Assembly: GCA_030590165.1 (NCBI GenBank)
Contig: JAUUZA010000001.1
Coordinates: 1 to 59,552, forward strand
Length of the DNA: 59,552 nucleotides
Source: Candidatus Altiarchaeota archaeon
Lineage (GTDB): Archaea; SpSt-1190
Direction: 5' to 3'
Below the pieces are notes generated by a model, which saw only the letters and a list, made by a program, of their open reading frames with translations, ran no database searches and was not told where the DNA came from. Below, one piece after another: positions 35,819-45,811 of this stretch (the first letter of the stretch is position 1; every line of letters begins with the position of its first letter). The translations under genes were made by a program, and so were the position numbers.

Positions 35819-36508
35819 TTATTCCTCCTTTATCATTACTTCGCCCTTAGTGGCGTCTCCAAGTTCAGTCATTATATCGACCTTTCTTCCACTTGGAATT
35901 TCTATTGTTGCTTGAAGTGAACCATTGGCAAGCCAACTTTCCTTCAAGACTTTTCCTAAACTTTTCACTTTCCCATATAGAGAAGGTGCAAATTTTGCAG
36001 GAACTACTATTCTTAATTTTGTAGTCCCAAACTTAAGTGGCAAAACCAACCTAAGTTCTTTTACTATTCCATTTAATTGTTCAGAAGCTGAGCTTAATTC
36101 AATTTTAACCTTTGCTTCATTAAAAGCCCAAAGAATTCGGTCACGTGTATGTGGTAAATTATTTCTTGGGTCTACTGAATTTTGAACTACGAGTTCAATC
36201 AATTGTAATTTCACTTTTTCTACCATTTTCTTTTTTTGTTCAGTAGTTGGATGAAATTTTCCTTTCTTCAATATTTCTTTAATAATTACTTCCAATTCAA
36301 GAGTTCCAAATGCCTTTTGTAAATCACTTTCACTGGCCGTGTCTGCTCGGTTTGCATTTTTAAAAATTTCAAAAACAGCAAGAGATTCTCGAAGCCTAAT
36401 TTCTTTACCTTCCCTAAATGCTAAAACTGCATCAGGGTCAGCTAAAATCTCAAAATGAATCCCATTCTTATCTATACTAACATTAGACGCATCTTCAATC
36501 TTTACCAT
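35819..36508 (-). CDS. sdo1: SBDS family ribosome maturation protein (Sdo1)
   Basis: 229 aa with an N-terminal FYSH-like domain. Position between psmA and rrp4 as in the archaeal exosome superoperon. Confidence 0.65.
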   Translation of the reverse strand: MVKIEDASNVSIDKNGIHFEILADPDAVLAFREGKEIRLRESLAVFEIFKNANRADTASESDLQKAFGTLELEVIIKEILKKGKFHPTTEQKKKMVEKVKLQLIELVVQNSVDPRNNLPHTRDRILWAFNEAKVKIELSSASEQLNGIVKELRLVLPLKFGTTKLRIVVPAKFAPSLYGKVKSLGKVLKESWLANGSLQATIEIPSGRKVDIMTELGDATKGEVMIKEE

Positions 36509-37211
36509 TTACCATCGCCGCCAATTCCTCACCAACAAGTTTATGGAAACCGTCTTTAGTAATTTGAGTAGCTTCAACGCGCTTCGTTGAGAATTTATCT
36601 TTGAGGACACCCTTCAAAGCTTTCATTCCCAAAGCAAAAGCTTTGTCTAAATTCATATTTGGTAAATATTCTTTATCTAAAATTCTCATTACTTCAACTC
36701 GACCCTCACCTACTGCAGTTGCAGCCCATTCGGTTGGTGTTCCACTTGGGTCAATTTCATAAATTCGTGGTTCAGTATCATAACCAGTTAAGAGTACAGT
36801 TACTCCAAAAGGTCTTATCCCTCCGTATTGGGTAAAAATTTGCATATAACTACTCAAATCGTAAACCATCTGTTTCATTGTTGCTGGTTCGTCAAATGAT
36901 AATCTATGACGTTGTGCTTGGAGTCTAGCTTGTTCAATTAATTTTCTTCCATCTGCAACCAATCCAATGGTGGCTGCTCCAATATGATCATCAATTTCAT
37001 ATAATTTTTCTATGCTTCGTGCCATAATTAAACTATGAAGAACTTTTTTATCTGCAATCATTGCAATTCCATTTTTTGCTTTGATTGCTATGACTGTTGC
37101 CCCTCTCTTTACTGCTTCCATAGCATATTGAACCTGAAATAACCTCCCATCAGGACTAAATACTGTAACTCCGCGGTCATACCCCATTCCATCTGGCGCC
37201 ATAATTTGCAT
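36495..37211 (-). CDS. psmA: proteasome subunit alpha
   Basis: ...GYDRGVTVFSPDGRLFQVQYAMEAVKRGATVIAIK..., 238 aa. Confidence 0.9.
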   Translation of the reverse strand: MQIMAPDGMGYDRGVTVFSPDGRLFQVQYAMEAVKRGATVIAIKAKNGIAMIADKKVLHSLIMARSIEKLYEIDDHIGAATIGLVADGRKLIEQARLQAQRHRLSFDEPATMKQMVYDLSSYMQIFTQYGGIRPFGVTVLLTGYDTEPRIYEIDPSGTPTEWAATAVGEGRVEVMRILDKEYLPNMNLDKAFALGMKALKGVLKDKFSTKRVEATQITKDGFHKLVGEELAAMVNGKD

Positions 37212-37236
37212 TCATTTTCACCTTGTCACTTCAAGA

Positions 37237-37791
37237 ATGGGTGTTTTTAAACCTACCTCACTATCTGAATCTGTGAATTGGATTAATTATTTTCGTAAAT
37301 GGGCAACTAAATATGAAAAGGATGTTGAAGGATACGGATATGACCCAGAAAAGCTCATAAAACCTTTTTTGAAACTCATAGGTATGCGAAAAACGGCATT
37401 AGATGTTGGGTGTGGAACGGGAAAGGGTTTAGAAGTAATTAGTAAATTCTGTGAAAATTTAAGTGGAATTGAACCAGTTGAAAAAATGGCAATTCAATCC
37501 AAACAAAAAGGTTTTCAAATTCTACAAATGAAAGCAAGAAACATAGGAAAATTAAAAATGAAATTTGACTTCATTAGTTTTTTTGCGAGTATTGATTATG
37601 TCAGTATCAAGCAAGTTGTTAAGGGATGTAAACAAATATTGAATGAAGGCGGTTTAATATTTTTAACAATGGAACCAAAAAGTGAAAAACGTATTCTGGA
37701 TTCTTTCTTGAAAAATGATTTTTTTATAATAAAAAAAGAGATTATACACGCATATCGAGGTCAGGAATATGTGTGTGTCCTAATTAAGTAA
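37237..37791 (+). CDS. class I SAM-dependent methyltransferase
   Basis: ALDVGCGTGKGLE (motif I) and an acidic motif II at the end of beta-2. Confidence 0.6.
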   Translation: MGVFKPTSLSESVNWINYFRKWATKYEKDVEGYGYDPEKLIKPFLKLIGMRKTALDVGCGTGKGLEVISKFCENLSGIEPVEKMAIQSKQKGFQILQMKARNIGKLKMKFDFISFFASIDYVSIKQVVKGCKQILNEGGLIFLTMEPKSEKRILDSFLKNDFFIIKKEIIHAYRGQEYVCVLIK

Positions 37792-37823
37792 TGGTTATAT
37801 ATGTCCCAAACAAAGCTTAAAAG

Positions 37824-38111
37824 GTGTTTAAGATGGAAGAACGAAGTGTAAATCAAACTTATGGGAAGGCAGTGTACAATGATGAAGGGTTCCTTTTCGG
37901 AAGAGTTCATGATGTGGTTATGGGAAAATATTCAATTCAAGGATGGGTTGTTAGTATTCCACCAGAAAGCGTACTCAAAAAAGCAGTTCCAACAGTGAAA
38001 GCCGTAGTGGTTCCTCACAAAGCAGTGAAAGCAACAGGGGACATAATAATAATAAATTCGCGTTTGGAAGTTCCACGACCTGCTAAGGGTGAAGAGGCCG
38101 AAGCGAGATAA
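37824..38111 (+). CDS. PRC-barrel domain protein
   Basis: YGKAVYNDEGFLFGRVHDVVMG...IQGWVV pattern of PRC/RimM-like barrels. Confidence 0.5.
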   Translation: MFKMEERSVNQTYGKAVYNDEGFLFGRVHDVVMGKYSIQGWVVSIPPESVLKKAVPTVKAVVVPHKAVKATGDIIIINSRLEVPRPAKGEEAEAR

Positions 38112-38147
38112 CCTCTTTCTTATTAAAGAATTAGAGGTTTATAGGTT

Positions 38148-40727
38148 ATGGAAAAATCCGCACTTAGGAAAATTTTTTCAGCGAAGCCAAATAAATTTTA
38201 TAATGTAGAAGTTTTGAAAGAGTTTGGATTCACTCGAAAAAAGTGTAAGAAGTGTGGAGATTATTTTTGGTCACTTGGAAAAGAAACTTGTGGAAATACT
38301 GCGTGTGAAGGTGGATACGACTTCATAGGAAAACGCGATATGGGTTGGGATTTTCTAACTGCAATTGAAAAATGGGAACGGTTCTTTGAAAAAAATCGAC
38401 ACAAAGTAATTGAACCCTATCCTGTCGTAGCAAGATGGAGAAAAGACCTTTTCTTTGTAATTGCAAGTATTGCTAATTTTCAACCTTGGGTCTTAAACGG
38501 AGTTGCTGAAGCTCCAGGAAATCCTCTTGTTGTCAGTCAACCTTGTATGAGATTTAATGACCTTGACAATGTTGGAAGAACTGGGCGCCACTTGAGTCTA
38601 TTCTTTATGGGCGGTCAACACGCCTTCAATATGCCTAATTATTGGATAAATGAAACTTTAACATATGGTTTCAGATTCTTAATCGATGTATTAAAAATAA
38701 ATCCAGAAGATATAACATATAGAGAAGATGTTTGGGCCGGTGGTGGTAATTTTGGTCCAAGTATGGAAGCTTTTGCTCACGGCGCTGAAATAGTAAATCA
38801 TGTTTTTATGCAATTTGAAGAAACTAACTTAGGATACAGGGAAATGTCAAGAAGAGTAATTGATACAGGATGGGGGCTCGAACGTCTTGCATGGTATGCA
38901 TCTGGAAAAGCCAATACATACGAAACTGTTTTTCCAAATGTTGCAAAATTAAGATTAGATCTTGGAATTGAAGTTGATTTTGAAGACCCTTTATGGACAA
39001 AATTAGGATTATACGATGTTAGTGATGGGGCTAAGGTTCCAAAAAATGTAAGAAATAAACTCAAGGAATGGAAACCTTTACACGACCTTTATAGAATTCT
39101 TGATCATACACGCGCACTCACTTTTGCACTTGCAGATGGAGCCATACCAAGTAATGTTGGAGGGGGTTATAATTTAAGAGTACTTCTAAGGAAAGCCCAA
39201 AGTTTAATTAATACAAATAAATTTGACCTTTCACTTAGTGAATTAATAAAAGAACACACAAGATATTTTTCTAGAAGATTTAAAAATATGAAAAATATGC
39301 CAGACATCAGTGATATCATTGGAGTTGAACAACTAAAATATACAGAGACTTTGAAAAAAGGAAGAGAACTCGTAAAAAAATATATTTCAGCCAATGTCAT
39401 TGAAAAAAAATTAGTCGAATTGTACGAATCAAATGGAGTTCCTCCTGAAACTGTTAAAAACATAGCTAAAAAGCTTGGAAAAGATATCTCAATCCCTGAC
39501 AATTTTTACTTAAAATTAAGCAATAAAAAGAAAAAAATAAAAAAAATTAAGGCAAAAAGAGACTTGCCTGAAACTGAAATTTTGTATTACTTGAAGCCTC
39601 CTGAAGAAATTTTTGATGCAAAAGTAATTTGGAGTGAAGGAAAAGAAGTAATCTTAGATTTTACACAATTTTATCCAACAAGCGGTGGACAAATTCATGA
39701 CACAGGAACTCTCCACTTAAATGATACTTCATTAAAAGTTATTGATGTTTACAACGAAGGCACTGCAATAATTCATGTACTCAATACACTCGCACCAAAA
39801 ATTGGAACAAAGGTAAAAGGTCAAGTTGATGCAGTAAGACGAAGAGACATAATGCGACATCACACCGCAGTTCACATAGTGAATGGCTCTGCACTAAAAA
39901 TTCTTGGAAAACATGTTTGGCAAGCAGGTGCCGAAAAAACTCCTGAAAAAGCGCGTCTAGATATTACTCACTATAAATCAGTCACTCGTGAACAAATCAA
40001 ACTCATGGAACGTGACGCAAATTCAATAGTGCTTCAAAATTTAAAAGTTAGAAAAAGAGACCTACCTCGAACTGAAGCAGAACAAAAATTCGGTTTTAGA
40101 CTTTATCAAGGAGGGGCAGTTCCAGGTGCAAAATTAAAAACAATTAATATCCAAGGTCATGACGCCGAGGCATGTGGTGGAACACATTGTAATTACACTG
40201 GTGAAGTGGGTTTAATTAAAATTATTGAAGCAAAACGTATCCAAGATGGGGTTGTTCGTTTAGAATTAATTGCAGGTATGCGAGTTTTAGAAAAAACTTG
40301 GGAGGATGAAGACCTAATACAAAGAACCTCAGAAGTGTTAGGAACCGACCCGAAAGACCTCGATAGAGGAGTTGAAAAACTTAAGAAACGACTTAAACAA
40401 AAAATAGCAAGTCAAGATTTAAAAATAAACTTAAGTGGTAAAAAAATAAAGTGGGGTTTTGTTGACCTTCCTTTCAAACAAATTCATGAACTTGGAAAAA
40501 CTTTAATTAAGAAACCAGAAAACGAAGTAGTTATACTCGTAAACAAAAAAGGCGACTTATCAGTTTCATCAAAGGGATTATTTAGTGCAGTAAAAATTGC
40601 AAAAGCTATTTCAACTGAATTAGGAAGTGGAGCTGGCGGAACTAAATTAATTGCCAGAGGTGGAGCAAGAGACACAACAAAACTAAAAGTAACAATCAAA
40701 AAAGTAATCAAAATATTCGAAAAATAA
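38148..40727 (+). CDS. alaS: alanyl-tRNA synthetase, archaeal type
   Basis: 859 aa. Class II core, editing-domain HTAVHIVNGSAL...(HxxxH / CxxxH-like) and a C-terminal DHHA1-like domain. Confidence 0.9.
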   Translation: MEKSALRKIFSAKPNKFYNVEVLKEFGFTRKKCKKCGDYFWSLGKETCGNTACEGGYDFIGKRDMGWDFLTAIEKWERFFEKNRHKVIEPYPVVARWRKDLFFVIASIANFQPWVLNGVAEAPGNPLVVSQPCMRFNDLDNVGRTGRHLSLFFMGGQHAFNMPNYWINETLTYGFRFLIDVLKINPEDITYREDVWAGGGNFGPSMEAFAHGAEIVNHVFMQFEETNLGYREMSRRVIDTGWGLERLAWYASGKANTYETVFPNVAKLRLDLGIEVDFEDPLWTKLGLYDVSDGAKVPKNVRNKLKEWKPLHDLYRILDHTRALTFALADGAIPSNVGGGYNLRVLLRKAQSLINTNKFDLSLSELIKEHTRYFSRRFKNMKNMPDISDIIGVEQLKYTETLKKGRELVKKYISANVIEKKLVELYESNGVPPETVKNIAKKLGKDISIPDNFYLKLSNKKKKIKKIKAKRDLPETEILYYLKPPEEIFDAKVIWSEGKEVILDFTQFYPTSGGQIHDTGTLHLNDTSLKVIDVYNEGTAIIHVLNTLAPKIGTKVKGQVDAVRRRDIMRHHTAVHIVNGSALKILGKHVWQAGAEKTPEKARLDITHYKSVTREQIKLMERDANSIVLQNLKVRKRDLPRTEAEQKFGFRLYQGGAVPGAKLKTINIQGHDAEACGGTHCNYTGEVGLIKIIEAKRIQDGVVRLELIAGMRVLEKTWEDEDLIQRTSEVLGTDPKDLDRGVEKLKKRLKQKIASQDLKINLSGKKIKWGFVDLPFKQIHELGKTLIKKPENEVVILVNKKGDLSVSSKGLFSAVKIAKAISTELGSGAGGTKLIARGGARDTTKLKVTIKKVIKIFEK

Positions 40728-40742
40728 AATTTAAAAAACCAT

Positions 40743-41666
40743 TCACTTTATTTTATTAAACAATCTTTCAGTGAATGTTTCCCAATATTTTTTCTTAACA
40801 AATCCGCCACTTGCTTGAGGATGACCACCACCATCACCAATTCCCTTTGTAAGTTCCTTAATTAAATTATTTAAATCGTCCCCATGCCTAAAACTAAGTC
40901 TAACAGTATCCCTCTCTTCTTGAGCAATAATTATCATCCTATCTGGATATTTTGATTTTGCCCACGCGGCAACTAAACTTTTAATTTTATGATTTGACTT
41001 GAACTTCAAAAGAATTAACTTATCTGTAATAATTTCATTACCAAATATGGATTCCACTTCATTCAGAATTTCCTTCTTAATTTTTTTTAATTGAGCTGCC
41101 TTTCCCTTTCCATTAAGAATTTCTTTATATGTTTTAGAAGATTTCAACACTTCAAGTGCTAAAAGTGCTCCTTTCGCCCTATATTTCGAAATTGCACAAT
41201 CAATCATTAATGCCATTTCACCAAGTAAATGATTTGCTAAATAAATTTGATCAACTTTTGGAATAAGTTCAGGAACCTCATCTTTCACTATTTCCCAAAA
41301 TTGTTTTGGCACCCTGTCAACACACCAATCTGCAACAACCCCGATAGCTGAAACCCAAGCCAATTTCTTTTCACCAAAAAGCGCATAAGTTGTAAAACTA
41401 ACTGGCCACTCAAATCCAGATTGTCTTGGGTTTGAATAAAATAAATTTAACTTATCTGAAATATGATGGTCAATCACTAAATTTATTTTTTCACTGGACT
41501 TCACATTTGAAATGTCCAATGAAATATTATTTTTACCCGTAAATTCAACATAGGCACCAAGACTTGGGTGTAAAGAATATTCTAAATTTAAACGGTCAAG
41601 TTCCTTTGAAACAAAGAAAGCAGAAACCACCCCATCACTATCGGCATGAAAATGAAGCTTTATCAC
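40743..41666 (-). CDS. DHH/DHHA1 family phosphoesterase (NrnA/RecJ-like core)
   Basis: LVIDHHISD (DHH motif) and GGGHPQASG (DHHA1 GGGH motif). 307 aa. Confidence 0.7.
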   Translation of the reverse strand: MIKLHFHADSDGVVSAFFVSKELDRLNLEYSLHPSLGAYVEFTGKNNISLDISNVKSSEKINLVIDHHISDKLNLFYSNPRQSGFEWPVSFTTYALFGEKKLAWVSAIGVVADWCVDRVPKQFWEIVKDEVPELIPKVDQIYLANHLLGEMALMIDCAISKYRAKGALLALEVLKSSKTYKEILNGKGKAAQLKKIKKEILNEVESIFGNEIITDKLILLKFKSNHKIKSLVAAWAKSKYPDRMIIIAQEERDTVRLSFRHGDDLNNLIKELTKGIGDGGGHPQASGGFVKKKYWETFTERLFNKIK

Positions 41667-41714
41667 TCTAAAAGGTGCGAGAAAAGTATATAAGTTTATA
41701 GGGCGATATCTTTA

Positions 41715-42236
41715 ATGATGGCCGGAAATCCCCCAGTAACGTCTCTAAAGAAAATAAAGACTGATATTGAGAACCTAAAACGTCAAGTAAATCCTGTAGA
41801 TACTCAACTCCTCCTAAGGCTCCTCGATTATATTGAGTCGAGAGAGAAAATGACAAAAGAACTTTTAATTCATATGAATGCCGTCGAAAATCATTTAGTT
41901 CGAACTACCGAAATGCTTCAAAAACTTCCTCAAGTGAATATTGGACTCCTAGCCGATTCACTTCAAGCTATGATACCTAAATTAGATGAAATTGCATATA
42001 ACACTAGAAAGATGGTGGATTATCTTGAAATTGCTGCTGATGTTGGGGATGACGATGATTCTGAAGAAAAAGAAAATCCAATTAAACTTGTTGAAGAAAA
42101 AAAAGAAAAACCTAATGAAAAACCTTCAACAATAGACCAATTAAGTAATATTGAAACTCAAAATAAATCATTAATAGGCGCATTAAGCAAGCTTTCAGAA
42201 AATCTAGACAAAATGGACAAAACGGGGAGCGAATGA
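41715..42236 (+). CDS. hypothetical coiled-coil protein with acidic tail
   Basis: 173 aa, heptad-like helices, DDDDSEEKE tract. Stop overlaps the first pilin-like gene. Confidence 0.35.
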   Translation: MMAGNPPVTSLKKIKTDIENLKRQVNPVDTQLLLRLLDYIESREKMTKELLIHMNAVENHLVRTTEMLQKLPQVNIGLLADSLQAMIPKLDEIAYNTRKMVDYLEIAADVGDDDDSEEKENPIKLVEEKKEKPNEKPSTIDQLSNIETQNKSLIGALSKLSENLDKMDKTGSE

Positions 42237-42691
42237 AGGGTGCAACTCCTATTATTGCAGTAATTTTATTACTTTTAATTACAATTGCGGCCGGAGGTTC
42301 AACTTATTTATGGTTGAGTCGTACTCAAAGCAAACTTTTTACTCAAACAACAACAGGAATTGATGAAAGCTCAAAAGATGTCTATGGAAAAATAACTGTG
42401 GTCAGTATTTGGAATATAACAACTGAACTTTGTCTTTTAATTAGAAATAGTTCAGACCAAGATATAACTTACAAGGTGGCAGACCTTGAAAGAATGGCAG
42501 TCTTGGTTGACAAAATTCCGTGTACTTTCAATACAACTGCGCTCAGCGATATTCGTCAAAGTGAAGTAGTTAGTTTTTGTATATACAATACAACTTCAGC
42601 ATGCAGATATGATGGAACTGAAACATCCATACTCATAAAAGTTGAGCCGCCTTTTGGTAATGGTGATGATTATGAATTTACGTACCCATAA
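42233..42691 (+). CDS. type IV pilin-like protein with archaeal class III signal peptide
   Basis: MKGATPIIAVILLLLITIAAGG: KG followed by a hydrophobic stretch matches the prepilin-peptidase (PibD/FlaK) substrate pattern. Confidence 0.6.
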   Translation: MKGATPIIAVILLLLITIAAGGSTYLWLSRTQSKLFTQTTTGIDESSKDVYGKITVVSIWNITTELCLLIRNSSDQDITYKVADLERMAVLVDKIPCTFNTTALSDIRQSEVVSFCIYNTTSACRYDGTETSILIKVEPPFGNGDDYEFTYP

Positions 42692-42704
42692 AAACTCAGG
42701 AAAA

Positions 42705-43358
42705 ATGAAGGGAGTCAGCGAATTAGTTGGAAATGTCCTTATGCTCTTAGTAGTTACCGGACTAATTTCAGAAGCCTTTCTTTTTGGAATGCCAATTTTA
42801 CAAAAACGAATGGACCAAGCATCAGTTAGTTATACTGAAAATTCATTAATTGAAGTTGCTGATGCATTTGAAGCCATTGCAAGAGAAGGCGGAGACACAA
42901 AAATCAGACTTGAATCTCAATCTCGGTTTGGTACGCCACCTGAAATTAAAATAACTCATGACGCAGTAGGTTACTATCTTGAATTGCGTGGGGCAACAAA
43001 AATTACTCATTACGCACCATACGATGTTCCTTTAAACGATTTTCTTGAATCCGTAAAAGACGGGGAAGAAATTGTAGGAACTCTTGGAATAAATAAAGCC
43101 ATAGTTGTTACTGGGCGTTCAACCAAATTATCAGGTGGAATAAGAAATGTAATGACTGTTCGACCAAGACCAATTAGAAGTCCTTCAAGCCCAGTGATTA
43201 CCTTAATTGAAATTACACCTGCTCGTGGAAAGAGTACGAAAACAACCTTACCCACAGTAGTTTATGTGAAGAAAGAAGGCGAGAGATTAGAATCACGTCT
43301 AGAAAATAATGAAACCCTTACCTACAAGATAATTTCTCTTGAGGTGGGATTTGAATGA
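42705..43358 (+). CDS. type IV pilin-like protein with class III signal peptide
   Basis: MKGVSELVGNVLMLLVVTGLIS. Start taken at the internal ATG with an AGGA SD; the track ORF starts earlier and overlaps the previous gene. Confidence 0.55.
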   Translation: MKGVSELVGNVLMLLVVTGLISEAFLFGMPILQKRMDQASVSYTENSLIEVADAFEAIAREGGDTKIRLESQSRFGTPPEIKITHDAVGYYLELRGATKITHYAPYDVPLNDFLESVKDGEEIVGTLGINKAIVVTGRSTKLSGGIRNVMTVRPRPIRSPSSPVITLIEITPARGKSTKTTLPTVVYVKKEGERLESRLENNETLTYKIISLEVGFE

Positions 43359-43762
43359 AGGGTGTAAGTTCAGTTATTGAAACAGTTCTAACCGCAGCGG
43401 CCACTATTTTATTTTTAGTTTATCTTGTTGAAGCCTTAAATGATTTTTCAGACAGAGTAGTGAATGAAAGAATGAGAGTTGCAATGTCAATTGATTCACA
43501 AAAAGTAATCAATGCAATACTCTTGGCAAGAAGAGAAGTAAGAGACGGTCAAGCTAAATTTTATGTATCTCTTTCAGATATAAATTATGAAATGTCCGTT
43601 CAAGATGGCGCTCTTATTACAAAAAATCGGAATCATTTAACTAATACTTCAATTTTCAATATGGACTCTTATCTAACATTTTCAGGAAAAATAATCAATT
43701 CAAAAAATCAAAAACCCTATGTTATAAGTTCGGGAAATCAAATAATTCTCGGTGTTGAATAA
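43355..43762 (+). CDS. type IV pilin-like protein with class III signal peptide
   Basis: MKGVSSVIETVLTAAATILFLVYL. 4-nt overlap with the previous gene. Confidence 0.55.
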   Translation: MKGVSSVIETVLTAAATILFLVYLVEALNDFSDRVVNERMRVAMSIDSQKVINAILLARREVRDGQAKFYVSLSDINYEMSVQDGALITKNRNHLTNTSIFNMDSYLTFSGKIINSKNQKPYVISSGNQIILGVE

Positions 43763-44337
43763 TGAAAGAAATCGGTGCAGAAGCAGAAATTACTCTTGAA
43801 AATGGTTTTATTTTAAAAAAAAGAATCGTAAAAAAATATAGAGAACCGCAATTAGACTTGCGAATTAGACGTGAACGAAATAAAAAGGAAGCTCGTCTAT
43901 TAGTTAAAGCGTCTCAAAAAGTGAATGTTCCAAAAATAATAGATACAAGTGAATTTTCAATTAAAATGGAATTCATTAAAGGTATAAAACTAAAAGACAA
44001 AGAAAATCTCAAGGGACTTGAAAAAAGGATGGGTGAACAAATTGGATTACTTCACAGTCTTAAAATATTTCATGGTGACTTAACAACTTCAAATATATTA
44101 TTAAAAAAAGATGAAATTTATTTAATTGATTTTGGTCTGGCAGATAGAGGAAAAATTGAAGACTTTGCAACAGACCTAAAAGTTCTATTTGAATGCGTAA
44201 AAGCGAGTCATACTGGATTTTCAGAAACCTCCTTTTTTGAAGGTTACTCCAAACAAATGTTAGAACACAATCAAGTATTTACTCGCCTAAAAAAGGTATA
44301 TGAACGCGGACGATACCGCATTAAATCGTCTCAATAA
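43762..44337 (+). CDS. bud32: Bud32/PRPK-type atypical protein kinase (KEOPS subunit), unfused
   Basis: 191 aa minimal kinase: Gly-rich N-lobe, catalytic HGDLTTSNILL, DFGLA. Its start overlaps the pilin gene stop (TAATG). Confidence 0.75.
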   Translation: MKEIGAEAEITLENGFILKKRIVKKYREPQLDLRIRRERNKKEARLLVKASQKVNVPKIIDTSEFSIKMEFIKGIKLKDKENLKGLEKRMGEQIGLLHSLKIFHGDLTTSNILLKKDEIYLIDFGLADRGKIEDFATDLKVLFECVKASHTGFSETSFFEGYSKQMLEHNQVFTRLKKVYERGRYRIKSSQ

Positions 44338-45811
44338 TAACATTCCTTGAAATTAATGGATCATTTTCCTTTAGGAATTTTTCAATTAATGTAATACGAT
44401 CTTTTACGGGTGTTATAATTCTTAATATTTTTTTACCTTTCTTCACTTTTGACCCCGAAAGAGCAAGAAGTTCAACACCTGCTCCTTTTATTGCAGGAGC
44501 TCCTGCAAGTCTTGCAAGTTGAGAAATTATGTTTGAATCATAATAAAGATAAGAAGTAGACACCTGCGAAAATACATCAACAGAATATTTACCAATTTCA
44601 ATGTCCTTTGCTTGAATATCAGGATTTCCACCCTGTGCTTTTATTATTTGTTTAAACTTTTGATAAGCCTTTCCTGAATCTAGAATTTTTTTTGCAAACG
44701 CATAACCATTACGCTTTCCAACCATATCAAATATTTCAGCAGCAAGTCTTAGAGATTTTTCACGCAGGTCTTTTGGACCCTTACCTTGAAGGACTGTTAT
44801 TACATCTCTTGCTTCAAGTGAAGGACCAACCCCCTTTCCAATTGGTTGAAAACCGTCAGTAATTACACTTCTAACTTCCATCCCAAGTCTCTTCCCTAAA
44901 TATTGAAAACGATGAGCTAAATTTTTTGCAGCCTTTGGATCTTTAACTTTTGCACCCATAGGAATATCTATTAACACTTTTTGTGAACCTGCTGATTTTT
45001 TCTTTGCTAAAATTGAAGCAAGTAAAAATGAAGTTGGATCAAGTCTCAACGGATACCTAAGTTTTAATAAAATATCATCAACTGGAGCAAGATTCACTGA
45101 ACCTCCCCAAATCATTGCAGCGCCAACTTTTTTAACAATTTTTTTCATATCTTTTGCAGAATATTCAATATTGCATAAAACTTCCATTACATCGGCAGTC
45201 CCTGCAGGGCTTGTTATTGCACGACTGCTTGTTTTTGGAAAAAGATATCCAGCGGCCGCAATAATAGGTATAACAATAGGAGTTGTTCTATTTCCAGGAA
45301 CCCCACCAATACAATGTTTATCAACAATGGGTCCTTTTGAAAAAGAAATAGTTTTACCAGCATCAACCATTGCACGCGTCATTGCTTCCTCTTCCTCAAA
45401 ACTGAGTCTTTGAACATAAGCACTAGCCACAAAATATGCAGCTTCAACTGAACTAAGTTTATTTTCCATTAAATCAAAAATAATTTCCCTAATTTCATTA
45501 CGTTTAAGAGGAGTACCCAAGAGTCTTTTTCTAATATATTTTACTGATTTTGGTTTTGTAAGAAGGGAAATCTTCACTTTTTCAGCTATACCGTCCTCCC
45601 ATACTTCTTTTGAAACGCCAATTTCATTCAGAGATACTGCACTTTTACATAAATTCACTACACCGACTAATTTCTTTTTATTAAAAGAAAGTTGAATACG
45701 GTCACCAACATTAATATTGAATTTTCTAGCATCTTCATATCTTAAATAAACTATACCGTGTCCATCTGTTTCCATTTCAACTTTTTTAACTTTAAACATC
45801 ATTTTTACCAT
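44321..45811 (-). CDS. AMP phosphorylase / thymidine phosphorylase family (archaeal long form)
   Basis: 496 aa. N-terminal extra domain, GGVPGNRTTPIVIPIIAAAG phosphate/ribose-binding region, TSSRAITSPAGTAD. Confidence 0.75.
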   Translation of the reverse strand: MVKMMFKVKKVEMETDGHGIVYLRYEDARKFNINVGDRIQLSFNKKKLVGVVNLCKSAVSLNEIGVSKEVWEDGIAEKVKISLLTKPKSVKYIRKRLLGTPLKRNEIREIIFDLMENKLSSVEAAYFVASAYVQRLSFEEEEAMTRAMVDAGKTISFSKGPIVDKHCIGGVPGNRTTPIVIPIIAAAGYLFPKTSSRAITSPAGTADVMEVLCNIEYSAKDMKKIVKKVGAAMIWGGSVNLAPVDDILLKLRYPLRLDPTSFLLASILAKKKSAGSQKVLIDIPMGAKVKDPKAAKNLAHRFQYLGKRLGMEVRSVITDGFQPIGKGVGPSLEARDVITVLQGKGPKDLREKSLRLAAEIFDMVGKRNGYAFAKKILDSGKAYQKFKQIIKAQGGNPDIQAKDIEIGKYSVDVFSQVSTSYLYYDSNIISQLARLAGAPAIKGAGVELLALSGSKVKKGKKILRIITPVKDRITLIEKFLKENDPLISRNVIIETI

